DNA of 51,404 bases, filler included, from Dimargaris cristalligena (Eukaryota): NCBI GenBank assembly GCA_003614675.1. It is 2 parts of 2 records of this genome, joined end to end, with 100 filler letters (N's around TTAATTAATTAA, not from the genome) between each part and the next. Parts side by side here need not be neighbours in the genome. Positions count along the whole stretch, not along the records: positions 25,805 to 51,404 come from ML002559.1; 1 more part is not named here. One strand, 5' to 3'. Under the pieces are notes generated by a model. That model worked only from the letters and a program-made list of their open reading frames with translations. It was not told the DNA's origin and made no database searches. Positions 49,610 through 51,404 of this stretch are shown here, in pieces; position 1 is the stretch's first letter; every line of letters starts with the position of its first letter. The position numbers were made by a program, and so were the translations under genes.

Positions 49610-51404
49610 ATGCCCCAGTCGAATGGTATAGCCCATTCTGTTAAAACTCTCTCCCTCTCAACATCCAGGGTCTACTGGATCAGCCCCCCTCGACCCGAGT
49701 ACACTTTCTTATGTAACCCCGACTAACTAATCCATAAACCATTATGTATATCTGCTGAAACACACCATGTATATACCTAGTGGTCCTTCAACGGAACCTA
49801 CTGGTGGTTAATCCTGATGAAGACCCGTCGCTATCTGTCGAAACAACCCAGCAATCCAGTGAAGATTTTATTCTGAATCTAGGGCGAGGTAAACTTTGCA
49901 AAATTTTATGTTGACTGAGCTGCCCCGTGGACTTTCCGCCTTTTAGTTTGGAATACCCCAGCTGCTGGTCTATTGCTCACCTGTATGTAGCTACCGAATT
50001 GGGCGCCGATGAAATCATTAGGTGCGTATACGTCGGCCCGTACCTTTGACCAGCATAGTCTCATTGATTTCCATGGCCACACTCGGCGCCTGAGCAACTC
50101 GCTGGCTAGCATTTTGGAGGAGGTGACTTGGACGGACAGCCAAGGGGAGCCCCTCCGGGCCTTGGCCCACTACGCGGAGCTACCGGAGGCCGATACCCCT
50201 GATCCCACGGCTCTTTTTGTTCAGCTTACGTGTGACCCCCAGCTACTGGAGCGCCTGGTGGTGCCGATGATCCGCCGTGGCCTCACTGCTTTCTGGCAAC
50301 CCAAACCCTCCTTGGTTGAAGAAGCTAAAGTGACCATTTGCCTGGCCTATGATGAAAAGGTAAGTCCCGCTTCTATTAATGGAATCTCACCATCTCCTGG
50401 CCCCCTGGCCGGGGATGGTGGGGAGGCGATTCATTTTACCGGTTGTATTCACTGGGCCCAGCTGATTATTGCCTAGCCGTTCCCATGGCCTAACCCTCAG
50501 CGCAAATATCGTTTAATATGCCTAACTCCGGCCTGGCCCAACTTGGTTGCGAACCCTACGGGTATACCCCTGGACCTTTGGTTGCGGGTGGTGACCCATT
50601 TTAGGACCACTTGCCCATCTGCGCCGTGCACGTTTGCCCCCTGATCCAACCCCTCCAGACCCGATGCTCAGTAAGTCCACCCCGGGATACACTCAACTCA
50701 TGCTTGGTACTCCTCTCCCACATTTTGTGCTCGCTGCCTGCAGGCAGCCTGGTCACCAGCGTCGAGTGTTTACAGCCGCAGCGGTATTGATTGATTCAGC
50801 TTATATGGACGACTATTTCCTACTGGATTATGTAGGTGGAAGTATACCCCGCCACTCGCCACAATCCCTCGGCCAAGGATACGCAATGGGTTCGGTAGGT
50901 TGACTGTATAGCCCGTTTGGAATGGCTGTTTATTTTTATTGTTTCGGATGGGAAGGCCGGGGATTCCTTCCACCTTTTACTCTGTCGAACTAACCGGCGG
51001 CCAGGAGATGGGGAGGGGCCAAGTCCCTTGGGCCGGTGGTTAACGGATTGATTGGCCTGCTCAGTGCCTAATGGAGACGCGCTTCGGCCGAAGTACTGAT
51101 TGCTATACTGTATCCTTTTTTAGAGATCGCCAGAGTCTGGGTTCCCGCATGAAGCCAGGGGTCAACGAGGTCCTGCTGCTGGACCAGGCGAGTGGTGAGC
51201 TGTTTGAGGGACTCTCCTCGAATTTCCTGGTGGTGGAGCCCGGGGAGGGGCCACCGGGGGTCCGGCTAGTGACTGCGCCTATGGGGAGTGTCCTCCTTGG
51301 GACGATTCTCAAGCTGGTCCTCCAGATTTGTCAAGACCAGCATATTCCCGTTGAGTATCGCTGTCCTACGCTGGCTGAGCTTCGGGGTGGCCGTTGGCTG
51401 GGGG
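49610..51404 (+). CDS. Class IV (fold-type IV) PLP-dependent aminotransferase-like protein, multi-exon, 3' truncated by window
   Basis: Exons 49610-49625, 49781-49888, 50022-50359, 50605-50670, 50836-50894 and 51124->51404 splice in phase. Motifs GAYTSART, HTRRL, RHNPSAKDTQWVRDR (likely PLP lysine), EVLL...LFEGLSSNF, TAP...VLLGTI. Confidence 0.88.

Noticed and set aside
49814-49844. Hammerhead-like core CTGATGA...GAAAC
   Set aside because: Lies inside a coding exon (PDEDPSLSVET), stem II is out of register and there is no room for stem I.
22349-50490. Other telomere-like 9-10-mers (about 22351, 27893, 28706, 30163, 37925, 50480)
   Set aside because: Expected by chance, not tandem, and I noticed no comparable helix set around them, though I did not fold each one exhaustively.
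1-51404. CRISPR arrays, rRNA, intact transposase or reverse transcriptase genes, prokaryotic operons
   Set aside because: None seen; the sequence is intron-containing eukaryotic DNA.

Overview
Eukaryotic, fungal-looking DNA with GT-AG introns and fungal-type ATP17, SND2, RTT106 and Whi3/Scw1 genes. An early-diverging lineage is my inference and cannot be confirmed from this window. The window is two pieces joined by an artificial 100-bp N44-TTAATTAATTAA-N44 linker (25705-25804). The left piece holds a probable LTR 3' end (1-247), a ~17 kb gene-poor stretch, an orphan 441-aa S/T/P-rich ORF, a 7-exon TAD3/ADAT3 gene and tRNA-Asn(GTT). The right piece holds SND2/TMEM208, a ~200-bp (CTGCTACTA)n microsatellite, a 452-aa disordered protein with a SERTA-like helix, SIS1-type Hsp40 with two homopolymer frameshifts, ATP17, RTT106, a two-RRM Whi3/Scw1-like gene, an RNPS1-like gene and a truncated class-IV aminotransferase. 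The most interesting candidate is a ~700-nt hand-folded structured non-coding segment (about 36060-36780, + strand) between SIS1 and ATP17. It carries TAACCCTAAC inside a long enclosing helix and is a possible telomerase RNA. This is unconfirmed: I could not find a canonical pseudoknot or P6.1.
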